DNA from: Prochlorococcus sp. AH-716-J09
Lineage (GTDB): Bacteria > Cyanobacteriota > Cyanobacteriia > PCC-6307 > Cyanobiaceae
Assembly: GCA_028408915.1 (NCBI GenBank)
Contig: JAOOLS010000001.1
Location: 1 to 44,084 of the forward strand
Reading direction: 5' to 3'
DNA length: 44,084 nucleotides
Positions 19,545-30,944 of the stretch are shown piece after piece (the first letter of the stretch is position 1; each line of letters starts with the position of its first letter). Below the pieces are notes generated by a model. That model did no database searches and was not told the origin of the DNA. It worked only from the letters and a program-made list of their open reading frames with translations. The translations under genes and the position numbers were made by a program.

Positions 19545-20912
19545 TTAGGAGACAAGAGTCTCTGGCTCATCTTCAATTAGGGAAGCCAAGTCTTTTAAGA
19601 ATGAAGCTCCATCAGCTCCATAGATCACTCTATGATCAGCTGTTAGATTTACTTGCATTATTTTTTTAACAGATATTGAACCATCACTATTAGCAACAAC
19701 GGTTGGTTTCGATGATGCTATGGCTAAAATAGCACCGGTACCTGGAGGAAGAATTGCGTCAAATCTATCAACCCCAAACATCCCAAGGTTAGATAAAGTG
19801 AAGGTTCCCGTTGAGTATTCATCAGGTTCTAATTGTTTTGATCTTGATCTTTTTACGAGATCTTTCCATTCCCTAGACAATTCAAATAAATCAGTATTGC
19901 ATGGTTCTTTTAAAACTGGAGTTATTAGTCCACCATCTTCCATCGCAACAGCAACAGCAATATTTATATTTTCTGGATAAGAAATTCCATTCTCTGAAAA
20001 ACTTGAGTTAACTTGAGGATGTTTCTTTAGTGTCTTTGCAACTGCCTTTACTAGTAAAGCAGTCATAGTAACTCCGTTCTGTTTTACTTTTTTGTAGAAA
20101 TTATCTAATTTATCTGTGTTAATGGAATAACCCACCCTAAAACATGGCACATCTAAACTAGATTCCATATTTTTATTTACCGCTTTCTGAAGAGTATTAA
20201 ATTGAACTGTTTCTCCGGGATTACCAAAACTATTTCCTGAAGTTTCTGGTTTACTTTCAACTCCCAAATTTGCACCAGGTAAAATTGCAGAAGAACCACC
20301 TTCACCTATCCATGGTATAGAGACTGGTTGGCCATTAGCTTTTAAAATATCATCGGCTTGAATCCTTCCGTGAGGTCCGGATCCATGAACCTTTGCTAAA
20401 TCAACGCCCATTTGAGAGGCAAGTTTTTTAGCTCTTGGAGATGCAATCACCCTCGAAGAAACATTACTAGTAGCAGCATTTATTTGATCACTATTAAAAG
20501 ATGTGGCTGCCTTTTCACTCATTAATACGACTTCTTTTTCTTGTTTTTCAACAATTTCGCTTTGAATCACAGGTTTTTCTTCAGTTTTATTACTTACCAA
20601 TTCAAGTTGATCCGAACTAGAAACTTTGGGTTGTTTTCCTTTATTTTGTTCTTGAACAGAAGCTATCTCATCCTCATTTTCTACAATAAGACCGATAGTC
20701 TCTCCTACTGGTGCAGTGCTGCCAGCAGGCATTAAAACAGCGGCAAGATATCCATCTTGAAAAGATTCAACATCCATATCTGCCTTGTCAGATTCAACAA
20801 CCAAGACAGATTCACCTCTTTCAACTTTATCTCCTGGATTTTTCAACCATTCCACAATCTTGCCCTCTGTCATAGTAGAACTCAAGGCAGGCATGAATAT
20901 TTCGTGAGACAT
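19545..20912 (-). CDS. pdhC: Pyruvate dehydrogenase E2, dihydrolipoamide acetyltransferase
   Basis: Lipoyl domain MPALSSTMTEG..VESDKADM, E3-binding ASPRAKKLA, catalytic DHRVIYG. Confidence 0.95.
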   Translation of the reverse strand: MSHEIFMPALSSTMTEGKIVEWLKNPGDKVERGESVLVVESDKADMDVESFQDGYLAAVLMPAGSTAPVGETIGLIVENEDEIASVQEQNKGKQPKVSSSDQLELVSNKTEEKPVIQSEIVEKQEKEVVLMSEKAATSFNSDQINAATSNVSSRVIASPRAKKLASQMGVDLAKVHGSGPHGRIQADDILKANGQPVSIPWIGEGGSSAILPGANLGVESKPETSGNSFGNPGETVQFNTLQKAVNKNMESSLDVPCFRVGYSINTDKLDNFYKKVKQNGVTMTALLVKAVAKTLKKHPQVNSSFSENGISYPENINIAVAVAMEDGGLITPVLKEPCNTDLFELSREWKDLVKRSRSKQLEPDEYSTGTFTLSNLGMFGVDRFDAILPPGTGAILAIASSKPTVVANSDGSISVKKIMQVNLTADHRVIYGADGASFLKDLASLIEDEPETLVS

Positions 20913-21130
20913 AAGAAAATTGTTATTGCATAAGTTTCAAGGGATTTCTACCAAACTTCCTAAAGTTTTTATGGTTAAGAACCCTTTAAACTCTTGTTTT
21001 AATTATACGAAATCATTTTCACAGTGGGAACTCTTAAAACTTAAGAAAGTAATAATTTAGATCGATTAGAATTTAAAACTTTTCGAAATTAAGATTTACT
21101 TATATTTTTCAAAAATACTAAATCTTCTCT

Positions 21131-21574
21131 TTAATTATTATCTATAGATTGAATAACTCCATCCTTAACCGTAATCGATACTTGCATTTTTTCAATAAGA
21201 TTGTCTCCCACAGTGACATCACAGAAACTATCCACTTGCCCTTGATCAACAATTTCGTCCATTTTTAATTCGCGAACTTGACTCTGTTGTTGAAGAAGAT
21301 TTCTTTTTTGTTCTTCAATTTCATTTCGTTTTGCTGCGACTTGTTGTTGCACCTGACTAACCTGTTCTTGAACTCTTGGATCTAGGGGATTAACCGATTG
21401 GGATCTAATATTATTTACTACTTGCTGCCCCTCTTGCTCCAGTTGCGATAATTGCTGATCAATGTTTGAAATCGCTTTACTTAATTCTTTTTCAGCATCT
21501 TCCTTCCAAGTTGGTGTAACTACAGCTTTAATAGCTATTGAGCGCTTTATAGATATTGAGTTTTTTGTTTCCAT
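21131..21574 (-). CDS. YlqD-family coiled-coil protein
   Basis: IKRSIAIKAVVTPTWKE, long Gln-rich coil, VTVGDNL. Confidence 0.8.
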   Translation of the reverse strand: METKNSISIKRSIAIKAVVTPTWKEDAEKELSKAISNIDQQLSQLEQEGQQVVNNIRSQSVNPLDPRVQEQVSQVQQQVAAKRNEIEEQKRNLLQQQSQVRELKMDEIVDQGQVDSFCDVTVGDNLIEKMQVSITVKDGVIQSIDNN

Positions 21575-21612
21575 AAAAAATTAAATTACCTTTTCAATAT
21601 AGATAGAACAAA

Positions 21613-23556
21613 TCAAATTTTCTTACTAAATTTGTTTTCATACATATTTTCTATTTGTAATAAATACTTTTTTTCTATTTCTTTTCTTTTTTGTTTAAGA
21701 GTTTGTGTTAATAACCCATTTTCTAGAGTAAAGGCATCAACAAAATAACAATCTAATATTTGTTCTTCTGATCTTGCTCCTAATCGACTTTTAAGCAAAT
21801 TATTAATTTGTGATTTGAAAAATGTACCAATTTTCTTATTCAGGTTAAATTTTGAGAGGTCTTCTTCCAAAAACTTGCTTTTCACCAATTCGACATTAGG
21901 AACTACGAGAGCTGTTAAACATTTCTTATCTTGTCCTACTAATTGAATCTGATTAATAAATTCAGAACTAAGAATTTCAGTCTCTAGGGGATTCGGTTCT
22001 ATATTTTCACCACTTGATAGAACTATTGTATCCTTGGCTCTTCCGGTTATAAATAGAGAACCATTTGGTATTAGAAAACCTAAATCACCAGTATCAAACC
22101 AACCATCCTTGGATAAAACATCATTTGTAGCTATTTCATTATTAAGATAACCTTTCATTACTTGCGGCCCCCTAACAAGAATTTTCCCGACTTCCCTGAA
22201 CTTCAGAATCTTTTTTTTATCATCATTCACTATTTTGATTTCAGTAAATGAAAGAGGCTGCCCAGATGATCCTCTAACATTTAATTCTCTTCTCCTACAA
22301 GTTAATACTGGACTAGTTTCTGTGAGTCCATATCCCACCAAAACATTTACACCTAAAGATTCAAAAAAAAGATCTACATGTTCTGGCAATGCACCTCCAC
22401 CGTTGATGGGAAATTTCAGTTTTTCTCCACATAGTTGTCTAAGAATATTCGGCCATAAAAAAATACTAGATAATTTATGTAAAGGGTATCGGCTAATAAC
22501 AGAACCCAGTAAAGGGATTTTTGATTTAAAAGTTATTTGATTTATATCTATATTTCTTATCTTTCTAAGACTTCTTTTAAAAACCGAACTATTACTTATC
22601 AAAAACTTAATAAGTTTTTGCTTTTTGGAAGGCATTTTTTTCAAAGCCTGAAAAAAACCATCATGTATTGCTTCCCATAGTCTCGGTACAGTAGCCATGA
22701 CAACAGGTTTTATTTGTGTAATATCATCTTTAAGAAATTTTGGAATTGTATAGTATTGAGAACAACCGCATGAAAAAAAGAAGTATTCAGCACTTCTCTC
22801 ATAAGAATGCCAGATAGGCAAAACGCTTAATACAGAGGTCCCTGGTTCTGGATCAGCGATATAGGCTAAATTAATTATTTGATGTAAAAAATTTGCATGA
22901 GTCAAAGGCACACCTTTAGGTTTTCCGGTCGTCCCAGAAGTGTAAAGAATAGTAGCGACATCATCAATTTCAGGATTAAATTTTTCAAGATTATTATTTT
23001 GTGAATTTTCTTTTTCTACTGAACTTATGAATGTACTCCAACTTATTAAACTTTCAAATTGTTCATCTTCTAAATTGATTATAAATTTGAGTCTTTTTTT
23101 TAATTCTTCTTTGTTGTTTAACTTTAGCCAAATTTCCTTAGATTGAACTATTAGTCCTACTGAATTAGAGTGCCCAATAATATAGTCTAATTCTACTGAA
23201 GGAGAATTGATACCTCTCACTGCATTTATAGCTCCTAAACGCATTAAGCCTTGATCTACTGCTAGCCATCTTGGAGAATTTTCAGATATTACAGTAACTA
23301 CATCCCCCTTTTTTAAACCATAATTTTCGAAAGAAAAAGAGACTTTTGTTATTAAATCAGCTAGCTCAGAATAAGAAAATTTTTCTTTGTATTTCCCTCT
23401 TAAATCGCAAACAGCTAAAGTATCACCACATTTAAATTTTAATTTTTCCCAAATTTGATCTATATGATCAAGGTTCTTAATAAAATCCCTATTTTTGGCA
23501 AATGTATTTTTTTTAAAAAGAGGTTTGGCTGCAGGCCAATACGCTAAATCACCCAT
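21613..23556 (-). CDS. Long-chain acyl-CoA/acyl-ACP synthetase (Aas/FadD)
   Basis: YTSGTTGKPKG, GYGLTETSP, GWFDTGD, GRAKD. Confidence 0.92.
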   Translation of the reverse strand: MGDLAYWPAAKPLFKKNTFAKNRDFIKNLDHIDQIWEKLKFKCGDTLAVCDLRGKYKEKFSYSELADLITKVSFSFENYGLKKGDVVTVISENSPRWLAVDQGLMRLGAINAVRGINSPSVELDYIIGHSNSVGLIVQSKEIWLKLNNKEELKKRLKFIINLEDEQFESLISWSTFISSVEKENSQNNNLEKFNPEIDDVATILYTSGTTGKPKGVPLTHANFLHQIINLAYIADPEPGTSVLSVLPIWHSYERSAEYFFFSCGCSQYYTIPKFLKDDITQIKPVVMATVPRLWEAIHDGFFQALKKMPSKKQKLIKFLISNSSVFKRSLRKIRNIDINQITFKSKIPLLGSVISRYPLHKLSSIFLWPNILRQLCGEKLKFPINGGGALPEHVDLFFESLGVNVLVGYGLTETSPVLTCRRRELNVRGSSGQPLSFTEIKIVNDDKKKILKFREVGKILVRGPQVMKGYLNNEIATNDVLSKDGWFDTGDLGFLIPNGSLFITGRAKDTIVLSSGENIEPNPLETEILSSEFINQIQLVGQDKKCLTALVVPNVELVKSKFLEEDLSKFNLNKKIGTFFKSQINNLLKSRLGARSEEQILDCYFVDAFTLENGLLTQTLKQKRKEIEKKYLLQIENMYENKFSKKI

Positions 23557-23583
23557 ATTAAATTGATTTTTAAATTTTAATTT

Positions 23584-24234
23584 CTATTTTGATATAAAAT
23601 CAAAATTAAACTCTTCCTCGATGGTTTTTTTAACAATTCTCTTGACTTCTTGAATATTTAAATTTTTGTTGTAATCAATCATATTTGCCATAAGACAATT
23701 TTCTATTCCGCAAGGAACAATCTTATTAAAGTTTTCTAATTCACAGTCAATATTGATTGAAAATCCATTTATCGTAATCCATCTTTTACACCCAATTCCA
23801 ATTGATGCGATTTTTTTATTTCCTATCCAAACACCAGTAAACCCTTTTCTAGAGTGACAATCTATATTAAAAGCTCCAAGGATTTTTATAATAATTTCTT
23901 CAATTTTTCTTAAGTACCAATTTAAATCTTTATTAAAATTTTTCAAATCTAAAACCAAATACGTTACTAATTGTCCTGGCATATGACAAGTTACCTCACC
24001 ACCTCTATCAATCTTAAAAACATCATATTCAGCATCATTTTGAGAAAATAATAAATTATCGTAATTAGATCCTCTCCCCAATGTATAACAGAGTTGATGC
24101 TCCCCTATCCAAATAAAGTCAGGGTTAGAATTATCTAAAATCAATGCCTCCTGATATTCTTTTTGTAATTTATAAACATCATTAAAAGAAGAAATATTAT
24201 CAGGTTGTTTAATTATTGCTGTTCTATTATCCAT
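23584..24234 (-). CDS. lipB: Lipoyl(octanoyl) transferase
   Basis: [35 protein letters not shown]. Confidence 0.93.
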   Translation of the reverse strand: MDNRTAIIKQPDNISSFNDVYKLQKEYQEALILDNSNPDFIWIGEHQLCYTLGRGSNYDNLLFSQNDAEYDVFKIDRGGEVTCHMPGQLVTYLVLDLKNFNKDLNWYLRKIEEIIIKILGAFNIDCHSRKGFTGVWIGNKKIASIGIGCKRWITINGFSINIDCELENFNKIVPCGIENCLMANMIDYNKNLNIQEVKRIVKKTIEEEFNFDFISK

Positions 24235-24278
24235 ATTTAAGTAGATTTAGAAAGTAAGTAAATATTTTTAGATTTGTT

Positions 24279-24863
24279 ATGAAAATTTTAATCCATGGAA
24301 AGAATCTTGAGCTCACTGGAGCATTAAAAGAATATACTGAGGCAAAGATAGAAAAAGCAACACATCACTATAAGGATATCGTTAAAGAAGCTGACATACA
24401 CCTTTCAATTGAAAAGAATCCAAGAGTCTCGTTCCAAACTGCAGAAGTTACTATTTTTGCAAATGGTACCGTAATTAGAGCTGAAGAAAAAACTGAAAAT
24501 CTATACTCAAGCATTGATTTAGTTTCAAATAAACTTTGTAGAAAATTACGCAAATACAAAGAAAGAAACAATAAAACAATTCATAATAAACAATTTAAAA
24601 ATAAAGATTCTTTACCAATTGAAAGTATGGAATCAAATTTTTTAGATAAAGCTTTTTTTAAAGAAGGAACTGAAGCAAGTCTGCCTAAGCCATCTATAAA
24701 AAATAAATACTTTGAAATGACTCCAATTTCATCAGACGAAGCAAGAAAACAATTAGATCTAATTGATCATGATTTTTATGTTTTTCGAAACAAGAAAAAT
24801 AATGAACTTCAAGTTATATATAAAAGGAATCATGGAGGTTATGGATTGATTCAATCTAAATAA
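24279..24863 (+). CDS. hpf: Ribosome hibernation promoting factor (long HPF, LrtA)
   Basis: IHGKNLELT, LYSSIDL, C-terminal LIDHDFYVFRN...YKRNHGGYGLI. Confidence 0.92.
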   Translation: MKILIHGKNLELTGALKEYTEAKIEKATHHYKDIVKEADIHLSIEKNPRVSFQTAEVTIFANGTVIRAEEKTENLYSSIDLVSNKLCRKLRKYKERNNKTIHNKQFKNKDSLPIESMESNFLDKAFFKEGTEASLPKPSIKNKYFEMTPISSDEARKQLDLIDHDFYVFRNKKNNELQVIYKRNHGGYGLIQSK

Positions 24864-24870
24864 GTTTTAA

Positions 24871-25527
24871 ATGCCCAATATTGAATATGAATTAAACGAG
24901 AAAATTCATGCGATTATTATTAACCCTTATTTATCATGGGAAGATTTCTGTGTGAATTGCGATTTAATAAGAAAATACAATATCAAAAATATTTCTACTT
25001 CACTAAATTATTTAACTGATCTTAAAAACTGTTTGGGTAATTACAGTGCGGATATAAACGCACTTATTTCTTACCCTTTAGCAGATTTACCAGTTTCATT
25101 TATTGAAGAATTAGTTTGTTTTGCAAAAGATAAGGGTGCAAAAGGAATTGAATATATCCCAAACTTTATCAATTTATCCAAAAGAAATTTAGAAACTTTC
25201 GCTGCTGAAATTGAGCAAGTTAAATTATCTGGATTACCAGTTTCAATAATCATAAATAAATCAAAACTACAAGAAGAAGTTTTTATTAATGCGATAGAAA
25301 TATGTTTGGAATTAGGAATAAAAAATTTTCAATTCGGGGACGGGTTTGGATCTCCTCTTACATCTAATGATGTCCCCGAAATACTAAAAATAACAGGCTC
25401 TCAAAATCAAATAAAAATTGTAGGTGGTATAAAAACACTGACACAAGTTATTGATTTGTTTGATAATGGAATTAGTTGCGTTGGAACTTCTAATTTTTGT
25501 GAGATTTTCCAAGAAGTAAATTTTTAA
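24871..25527 (+). CDS. Divergent deoxyribose-phosphate aldolase (DeoC)-like protein, catalytic residues apparently altered
   Basis: TIM-barrel pattern ISYPL...IKIVGGIKT...VGTS; usual position between hpf and recO. Confidence 0.7.
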   Translation: MPNIEYELNEKIHAIIINPYLSWEDFCVNCDLIRKYNIKNISTSLNYLTDLKNCLGNYSADINALISYPLADLPVSFIEELVCFAKDKGAKGIEYIPNFINLSKRNLETFAAEIEQVKLSGLPVSIIINKSKLQEEVFINAIEICLELGIKNFQFGDGFGSPLTSNDVPEILKITGSQNQIKIVGGIKTLTQVIDLFDNGISCVGTSNFCEIFQEVNF

Positions 25528-26313
25528 ATGTCTGGTTCTGGTGAGTGCAGACTTAAAGGTCTTTGTATTAAAGCTTCTCCATTAGGCGAGAATGATAGAT
25601 TAATAACTATTCTTACTGATGAGCAGGGGATTGTTCGATTAGCGGTACCTGGTGCTAGACGTCCTAAAAGCAGTCTTGCCGCAGCTACTCCTTTAACATA
25701 TTTAAGTCTGCAAATTTTTGGGAAAAGAAATCTTAAATCTGTACGTCAAATTAAAATATTAAAAAGCTATTCTGGTCTAGGAAAAAATATTGAATGTCTT
25801 GCAGCCGCACAAGCAATAACTGAATTAACATTTTTATTAGTAGGTAATAATGACAAGCAACAAGACTATTTATCTTGCGTTCTTGCACATCTTGATAGGA
25901 TTTATTTATATGAAAAGTCTCAAGAAGAAGATATTAAAATGCTCTCAATGAGTATTCAATCTTTAATCCATCTATTAGCCATCGGGGGTATTAATTTACC
26001 AATTCATAATTGTTGTAAAACTGGAAAACCTATTATTCCACCTTTAGGAAATTGGGAATGGAGTTGTTATTATTTGCCATGTGAAGGTTTTTCATCCATA
26101 GAAGATCCCCAAAGTAATCTAAAAATAAATGCATCTGAAGTTGCTCTATTGCAGAGACTTCTTTTCCCAGAATTACCAATAAAATCTAATGGAGATTTGT
26201 TGGGTCCCAAAAAAGTCTGGCTTAAAATATTATTCATTATTGAGACATGGATCTCTACTCAATTGGAAAAGGAGCTATCTTCACTAAAAATGTTGAGAGA
26301 AATATATAGTTAG
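25528..26313 (+). CDS. recO: DNA repair protein RecO
   Basis: PLGENDRLITILT...LAVPGARRPKSSL OB-fold. Confidence 0.92.
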   Translation: MSGSGECRLKGLCIKASPLGENDRLITILTDEQGIVRLAVPGARRPKSSLAAATPLTYLSLQIFGKRNLKSVRQIKILKSYSGLGKNIECLAAAQAITELTFLLVGNNDKQQDYLSCVLAHLDRIYLYEKSQEEDIKMLSMSIQSLIHLLAIGGINLPIHNCCKTGKPIIPPLGNWEWSCYYLPCEGFSSIEDPQSNLKINASEVALLQRLLFPELPIKSNGDLLGPKKVWLKILFIIETWISTQLEKELSSLKMLREIYS

Positions 26314-26398
26314 CATTTTCATGAAGCATTAAAAAATTTAAAAAATATGATCATGGCGCCTTTGCCTGTTAACTTAATAAATAGTTAATTCAATTAAT

Positions 26399-27553
26399 GT
26401 GGTTCATATTGCCTGGTTAGGAAAAAAATCCCCTTTTTGTGGAAATGTAACTTATGGTAATTCAACTACTGAGGAATTAAAGGCCAGAGGGCATAAAATT
26501 AGTTTTATTCATTTCGACAATCCCTCTAGTTCAAATTCATCAAACCCATTTCTTGCAAATGATCCTGATGTAAGTCTCCCATATTTAATTAAATCTCAAG
26601 TTTATACAATACCCTCGCCAAGGGCAGAAAAAGAACTAAGGCTATCATTGGAAAGATTAAAACCTGACATAGTACATGCAAGCCTAACTTTATCTCCTTT
26701 AGACTTTAGACTTCCAGAGCTTTGTAATGAAATTAATGTTCCTCTTATAGGAACATTTCATCCACCATTTGATGCAAAAAATAGAAATCTAACTGCGAGC
26801 ACTCAACAATTAACATATCAACTTTATGCTCCCTCTTTAGCAAAGTTCGATAAAGTAATTATTTTTTCTGAACCTCAAAAAAATGTTCTTGAGAAATTAG
26901 GAGTACCTAAAGAAAAACAAATTATTATTCCAAACGGCGTTGATGAAAATATTTGGAGACCTTTTTGCAAAAAAAGTAAAAAATATGATCAGGTAAAAAA
27001 CAAGCTTGGAAATGAAAGAATCTTTTTATATATGGGAAGGATTGCAAATGAGAAAAATATCGAGGCACTTTTACGTTCTTGGCGCCAAACAAAAACTCAA
27101 AATTGCAAATTAGTTATTGTTGGGGATGGACCAATGAAGCCAACACTTGAAAATAGTTTTTCTAACCTTGGTAATGAGAAATTAATTTGGTGGGGTGTCG
27201 AATTAGATTTAGAAACTAGGATAGCAATAATGCAAATAGCAGAAGTATTTTTCTTACCAAGCTTAGTAGAAGGTTTATCATTATCACTTCTAGAGGCAAT
27301 GTCTACTGGTACTGCTTGTGTAGCTACAGATGCCGGCGCTGATGGTGAAGTTTTAGATAACGGAGCAGGAATAGTAATTTCAACTGATAATGTGGCTGCA
27401 CAATTAAAAACTATAATCCCAATTCTCGTAGAACACCCCTCATTTACAAAAGATCTTGGAGAAAAAGCTAGAGAACGTATACTTGAAAGATATACAATTG
27501 CTAAAAATATAAATTCGCTTGAAAAAGTTTATATTAACTTAAAAGATAATTGA
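26399..27553 (+). CDS. Glycosyltransferase family 4 (GT-B)
   Basis: IPNGVD, YMGRIANEKN, LPSLVEGLSLSLLEAM. Confidence 0.88.
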   Translation: MVHIAWLGKKSPFCGNVTYGNSTTEELKARGHKISFIHFDNPSSSNSSNPFLANDPDVSLPYLIKSQVYTIPSPRAEKELRLSLERLKPDIVHASLTLSPLDFRLPELCNEINVPLIGTFHPPFDAKNRNLTASTQQLTYQLYAPSLAKFDKVIIFSEPQKNVLEKLGVPKEKQIIIPNGVDENIWRPFCKKSKKYDQVKNKLGNERIFLYMGRIANEKNIEALLRSWRQTKTQNCKLVIVGDGPMKPTLENSFSNLGNEKLIWWGVELDLETRIAIMQIAEVFFLPSLVEGLSLSLLEAMSTGTACVATDAGADGEVLDNGAGIVISTDNVAAQLKTIIPILVEHPSFTKDLGEKARERILERYTIAKNINSLEKVYINLKDN

Positions 27554-27558
27554 AAAAC

Positions 27559-28371
27559 CTAACGAAACTCTTTACTTCTATTACAAGCTGAAACTATAGA
27601 TTCCATTAATGCCGACCTTACACTCTTTTTTTCTAAAACCCTTAAAGCAGAAATAGTTGTACCACCTGGAGAGGTTACTAAATTTTTAAGCTCACAAGTA
27701 GTAAGTTTATTTTCCTTTATTAGACAAATAGTCCCTATTATCATTTCCATAACAAGTTCCTCTGAAATTATTTTTGGTAATCCCCCGCTTAATCCTCCAT
27801 CACTTAATGCTTCTATAATTAAAGCTATGATTGCAGGACCTGATGAAGTTAAAGCTAAAAATATATCAAGGTAATCTTCAGTTAATTCATAAATTTTACT
27901 AGTATTTTCAAATAATTTTTTTGTTAATTGTTTCTGATCTTCAGTAATTTCTTCTCCCCAAGAAATCCCTGTTAAACCTTTTCCAATAGTTATTGGAATA
28001 TTTGTAACCACCCTCACACATTTATGATTGGGAAACTTTCCAGTAAGTCTATTTATTGAAACCCCTGCAAGAATTGAAACTATTAAATTGTCCTTATTTT
28101 TTATATGATGGGCCTCACTTATATCATTTAATTGTTGGGGTTTTATCGAGAGAAGTTTATATTGACAATCCCAAATTATTTTTGACTCTTTAGAACCTGA
28201 TTTATAAACGTTTATGTTATGTTTATAATTTTTTTTTATGTTTTCTAAACTTTTTTCTGTTTTTACAACACAAAAAACATTCTCTGGCTGAATTAATTTG
28301 CTATCTAATAAAGGAGTAACTATAGCACTTGCAATATTTCCAAAACCAATAATCGCAATTTTATCTGTCAC
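27559..28371 (-). CDS. proC: Pyrroline-5-carboxylate reductase
   Basis: IIGFGNIA, SIKPQ, SSGPA, VTSPGGTT. Confidence 0.93.
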   Translation of the reverse strand: MTDKIAIIGFGNIASAIVTPLLDSKLIQPENVFCVVKTEKSLENIKKNYKHNINVYKSGSKESKIIWDCQYKLLSIKPQQLNDISEAHHIKNKDNLIVSILAGVSINRLTGKFPNHKCVRVVTNIPITIGKGLTGISWGEEITEDQKQLTKKLFENTSKIYELTEDYLDIFLALTSSGPAIIALIIEALSDGGLSGGLPKIISEELVMEMIIGTICLIKENKLTTCELKNLVTSPGGTTISALRVLEKKSVRSALMESIVSACNRSKEFR

Positions 28372-28378
28372 AAATTAA

Positions 28379-28954
28379 TCATGAATAAGTACTTAATTTA
28401 GAATTACCCCATGCTGGTTCAGGAGTAGTATTTTTGCCCAAACTATATTGTGGTGTGCTTTCTGTAGAAACAGAAGAAGGAGATGCTTCTTCTGGGGAAG
28501 AACTAGTTACATTTACACAACTTGGAGCAAAAAGAAAAATACTTTCACCGACTCTCTCTTGATGTCCATCAATTGCATATGTGCCCCCAGCAATAAAATC
28601 AACCGCTCTTTGAGCTTGATCAGGATCCATCATAGTTAAATTAAGAATTACAGTTTTTCTTTCTCTTAATGCTTGTATAGCTTGAGGCATCTCATCAAAA
28701 CTTCTTGGTTCCATTAAGCTTACTTCTGAGGACGAATTTGAGATTCCAGGCATACCAACTACTTTTGATGATCTGTTGTTATTCATAAAATCGAATGGAT
28801 TTGAATTTGCAAGGGCATTTACATTCTTTGGATTTTGTTTGAAATTATTAATATTATTTAATTCATCCTCTGAAGGATAATCCAACTCATCAAAATCATC
28901 ATCGAGATACTCATCCCCTGCAACAACTGCCTTTAATCTAGAAATAAGTGACAC
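28379..28954 (-). CDS. sepF: Cell division protein SepF
   Basis: EPRSFDE...[17 protein letters not shown]...IFLFAP. Confidence 0.95.
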   Translation of the reverse strand: MSLISRLKAVVAGDEYLDDDFDELDYPSEDELNNINNFKQNPKNVNALANSNPFDFMNNNRSSKVVGMPGISNSSSEVSLMEPRSFDEMPQAIQALRERKTVILNLTMMDPDQAQRAVDFIAGGTYAIDGHQERVGESIFLFAPSCVNVTSSSPEEASPSSVSTESTPQYSLGKNTTPEPAWGNSKLSTYS

Positions 28955-29104
28955 CTTTTAAATCCTCTTGAAATTGATTACTAAGGTTTAAGAACCTTGA
29001 GTAATAGATCCATTTTTTAAATGAATAAACTACCTATACTTAAATAACGTTAGTTGAACTTTACCGCAAGTTTATAGATAAGATTTTTATAAAAAAATAA
29101 CTAA

Positions 29105-29740
29105 TTAATATCTGTCTCCAAAAATCAATGATCCTAATCTTAACCAAGTTGATCCAGCGTCAATAGCTTCCTCCCAATCACCCGACATCCCCATGGAACA
29201 ATCTGATAGTTGTAGAGAATCAGCGAGAGCACGACATTTTTTGAAAAATTCTGAATTTTCTTTAGAGCTAAGTCCTTTAGGATTGATAGTCATCAAACCG
29301 GTTAATGAAATATTTTTCAAGTCTTGAATTTCTCTCCATTTCAAAATTAAAAATTCAGGATTAAAACCTCCTTTAGTTGGGTCATCACTCAACTTAACCT
29401 GCAACATTATTAATGGATTTTTTTTCTCTTCACGTGAAATATTAGAAATCTTTTGCAACTTTTCAAATGAATCTACTGAATGAATATATTTAAAATTTTG
29501 AACTATTTTTCTTATTTTATTACTTTGTATTCTTCCAATAAAGTGCCAATTTATTTGTTTAAGATCTTTTAAGGTTAATTGTTTTTCAAATGCCTCTTGA
29601 ACCTTACTTTCACCAAAATCGTTCTGACCTAAATTTTGAATAGTCTTGATTTCTTGACTTTTAAATCCTTTACTTACTGCAAGAATATTTACATTTGATG
29701 GTATTTTATTTTTAATTTTTAAATAATTTGCAGGGTTCAC
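29105..29740 (-). CDS. pipY: PLP homeostasis protein (YggS/PROSC family)
   Basis: LAVSKG, FGESKVQE, WHFIGRIQSNK, SMGMSGD, RLGSLIFG; directly downstream of pipX. Confidence 0.92.
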   Translation of the reverse strand: MNPANYLKIKNKIPSNVNILAVSKGFKSQEIKTIQNLGQNDFGESKVQEAFEKQLTLKDLKQINWHFIGRIQSNKIRKIVQNFKYIHSVDSFEKLQKISNISREEKKNPLIMLQVKLSDDPTKGGFNPEFLILKWREIQDLKNISLTGLMTINPKGLSSKENSEFFKKCRALADSLQLSDCSMGMSGDWEEAIDAGSTWLRLGSLIFGDRY

Positions 29741-29743
29741 CTT

Positions 29744-30010
29744 TTATAAGAAAGTTTGCGTAAATAAATTCTCCCATTTAGATAGTTCTTCGGATCCTTT
29801 TCTTCTGGCTTTTTGAAGGTTTAATTCAGCCTGATTACGGGCATCTAAATAAGGTATGACTTCAAAAAAAACTTCTCTCTGTCGAACTTCTACCAAGAAA
29901 AACATTTTTTGAGCGTATAAAGTCGCATAAATATCTCTCCCATCATTTCCTGGAGAAACTTGGTACAACATACCAAATGTGGGATGGTTTAAATAACGCT
30001 CAGAACTCAA
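29744..30010 (-). CDS. pipX: PII- and NtcA-interacting protein X
   Basis: YLNHPTFGMLY...ATLYAQKMFFLV. Confidence 0.95.
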   Translation of the reverse strand: MSSERYLNHPTFGMLYQVSPGNDGRDIYATLYAQKMFFLVEVRQREVFFEVIPYLDARNQAELNLQKARRKGSEELSKWENLFTQTFL

Positions 30011-30029
30011 ACTTAAAATATTGTGTTAT

Positions 30030-30944
30030 TTATAATGCACCATACAGTTTTCTAAGAAAAATTGCTATGCAAATAAAACAAATCGATAATGTATTAACAA
30101 TTACATTGAGAGATTTTGAAGGATAAAAAGTTCTAAATCTGTTAGTTTTTATAATAATTTTTTTCTTTGAAAGTAATGATTCTGCTCCATGATCAATTCT
30201 CAGAAATATATTTTGAAATAACCTTTCCACTAAGATTAACAAAACATTAAATGATTTCTTTAATCCTAAATTTCGAAAATTAATTGATCTAACTGATACT
30301 GATTTAATGATATTTTGAAGTTCTTCCTGCACTAGGGGAATAAAACGTAATGCAATTAACAACTGAAAAAGCCACTTACTAGTTGGCAATCCGATCTTTC
30401 TTAATGGATACATAAACCAACTTAATCCCCATACAATGTCTTCCTGCAATGTGGTTAAAAGCATCAAATTCACACTATGAATAACAGTAAATATCAAAGT
30501 GGAAGTTTTTATTCCTAGTTCGAAAGCTTTTCTTGATAAGTTGTAGGGACCAAAATTAATAAACCATATCTTCTGAGAAGGAATTTGCAAAATATTCCAT
30601 TCTTTTTGGCTTTCCAGTACTACTTCCAACTCATTGGGATTTCTTAAGTAGCCATCAAGAGATTGAATATCAGACGAGGCAAGTATTGATATAAATCCAA
30701 CTAATAGTGACAAACATGAGAGAAAAAATAATGATCGCCACCATACTCTAGATGGCAATAAACTTAAAAAAGTAATAAATAGTAAAAAACCAACTAAACT
30801 CAATCTCCATATTGGACCTGCCCAAATTGGAGTGATTAAAAATATCATTACCATAATTATTTTTAATCTACTATCTATAATTCTTAGCCAACTTCTATTA
30901 CCATGAACGTATTGACCAACAGAAAATTTGGTAAGCAAATTCAT
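30030..30944 (-). CDS. ECF transporter T component (CbiQ/EcfT family)
   Basis: [22 protein letters not shown], multiple TM helices. Confidence 0.85.
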   Translation of the reverse strand: MNLLTKFSVGQYVHGNRSWLRIIDSRLKIIMVMIFLITPIWAGPIWRLSLVGFLLFITFLSLLPSRVWWRSLFFLSCLSLLVGFISILASSDIQSLDGYLRNPNELEVVLESQKEWNILQIPSQKIWFINFGPYNLSRKAFELGIKTSTLIFTVIHSVNLMLLTTLQEDIVWGLSWFMYPLRKIGLPTSKWLFQLLIALRFIPLVQEELQNIIKSVSVRSINFRNLGLKKSFNVLLILVERLFQNIFLRIDHGAESLLSKKKIIIKTNRFRTFYPSKSLNVIVNTLSICFICIAIFLRKLYGAL

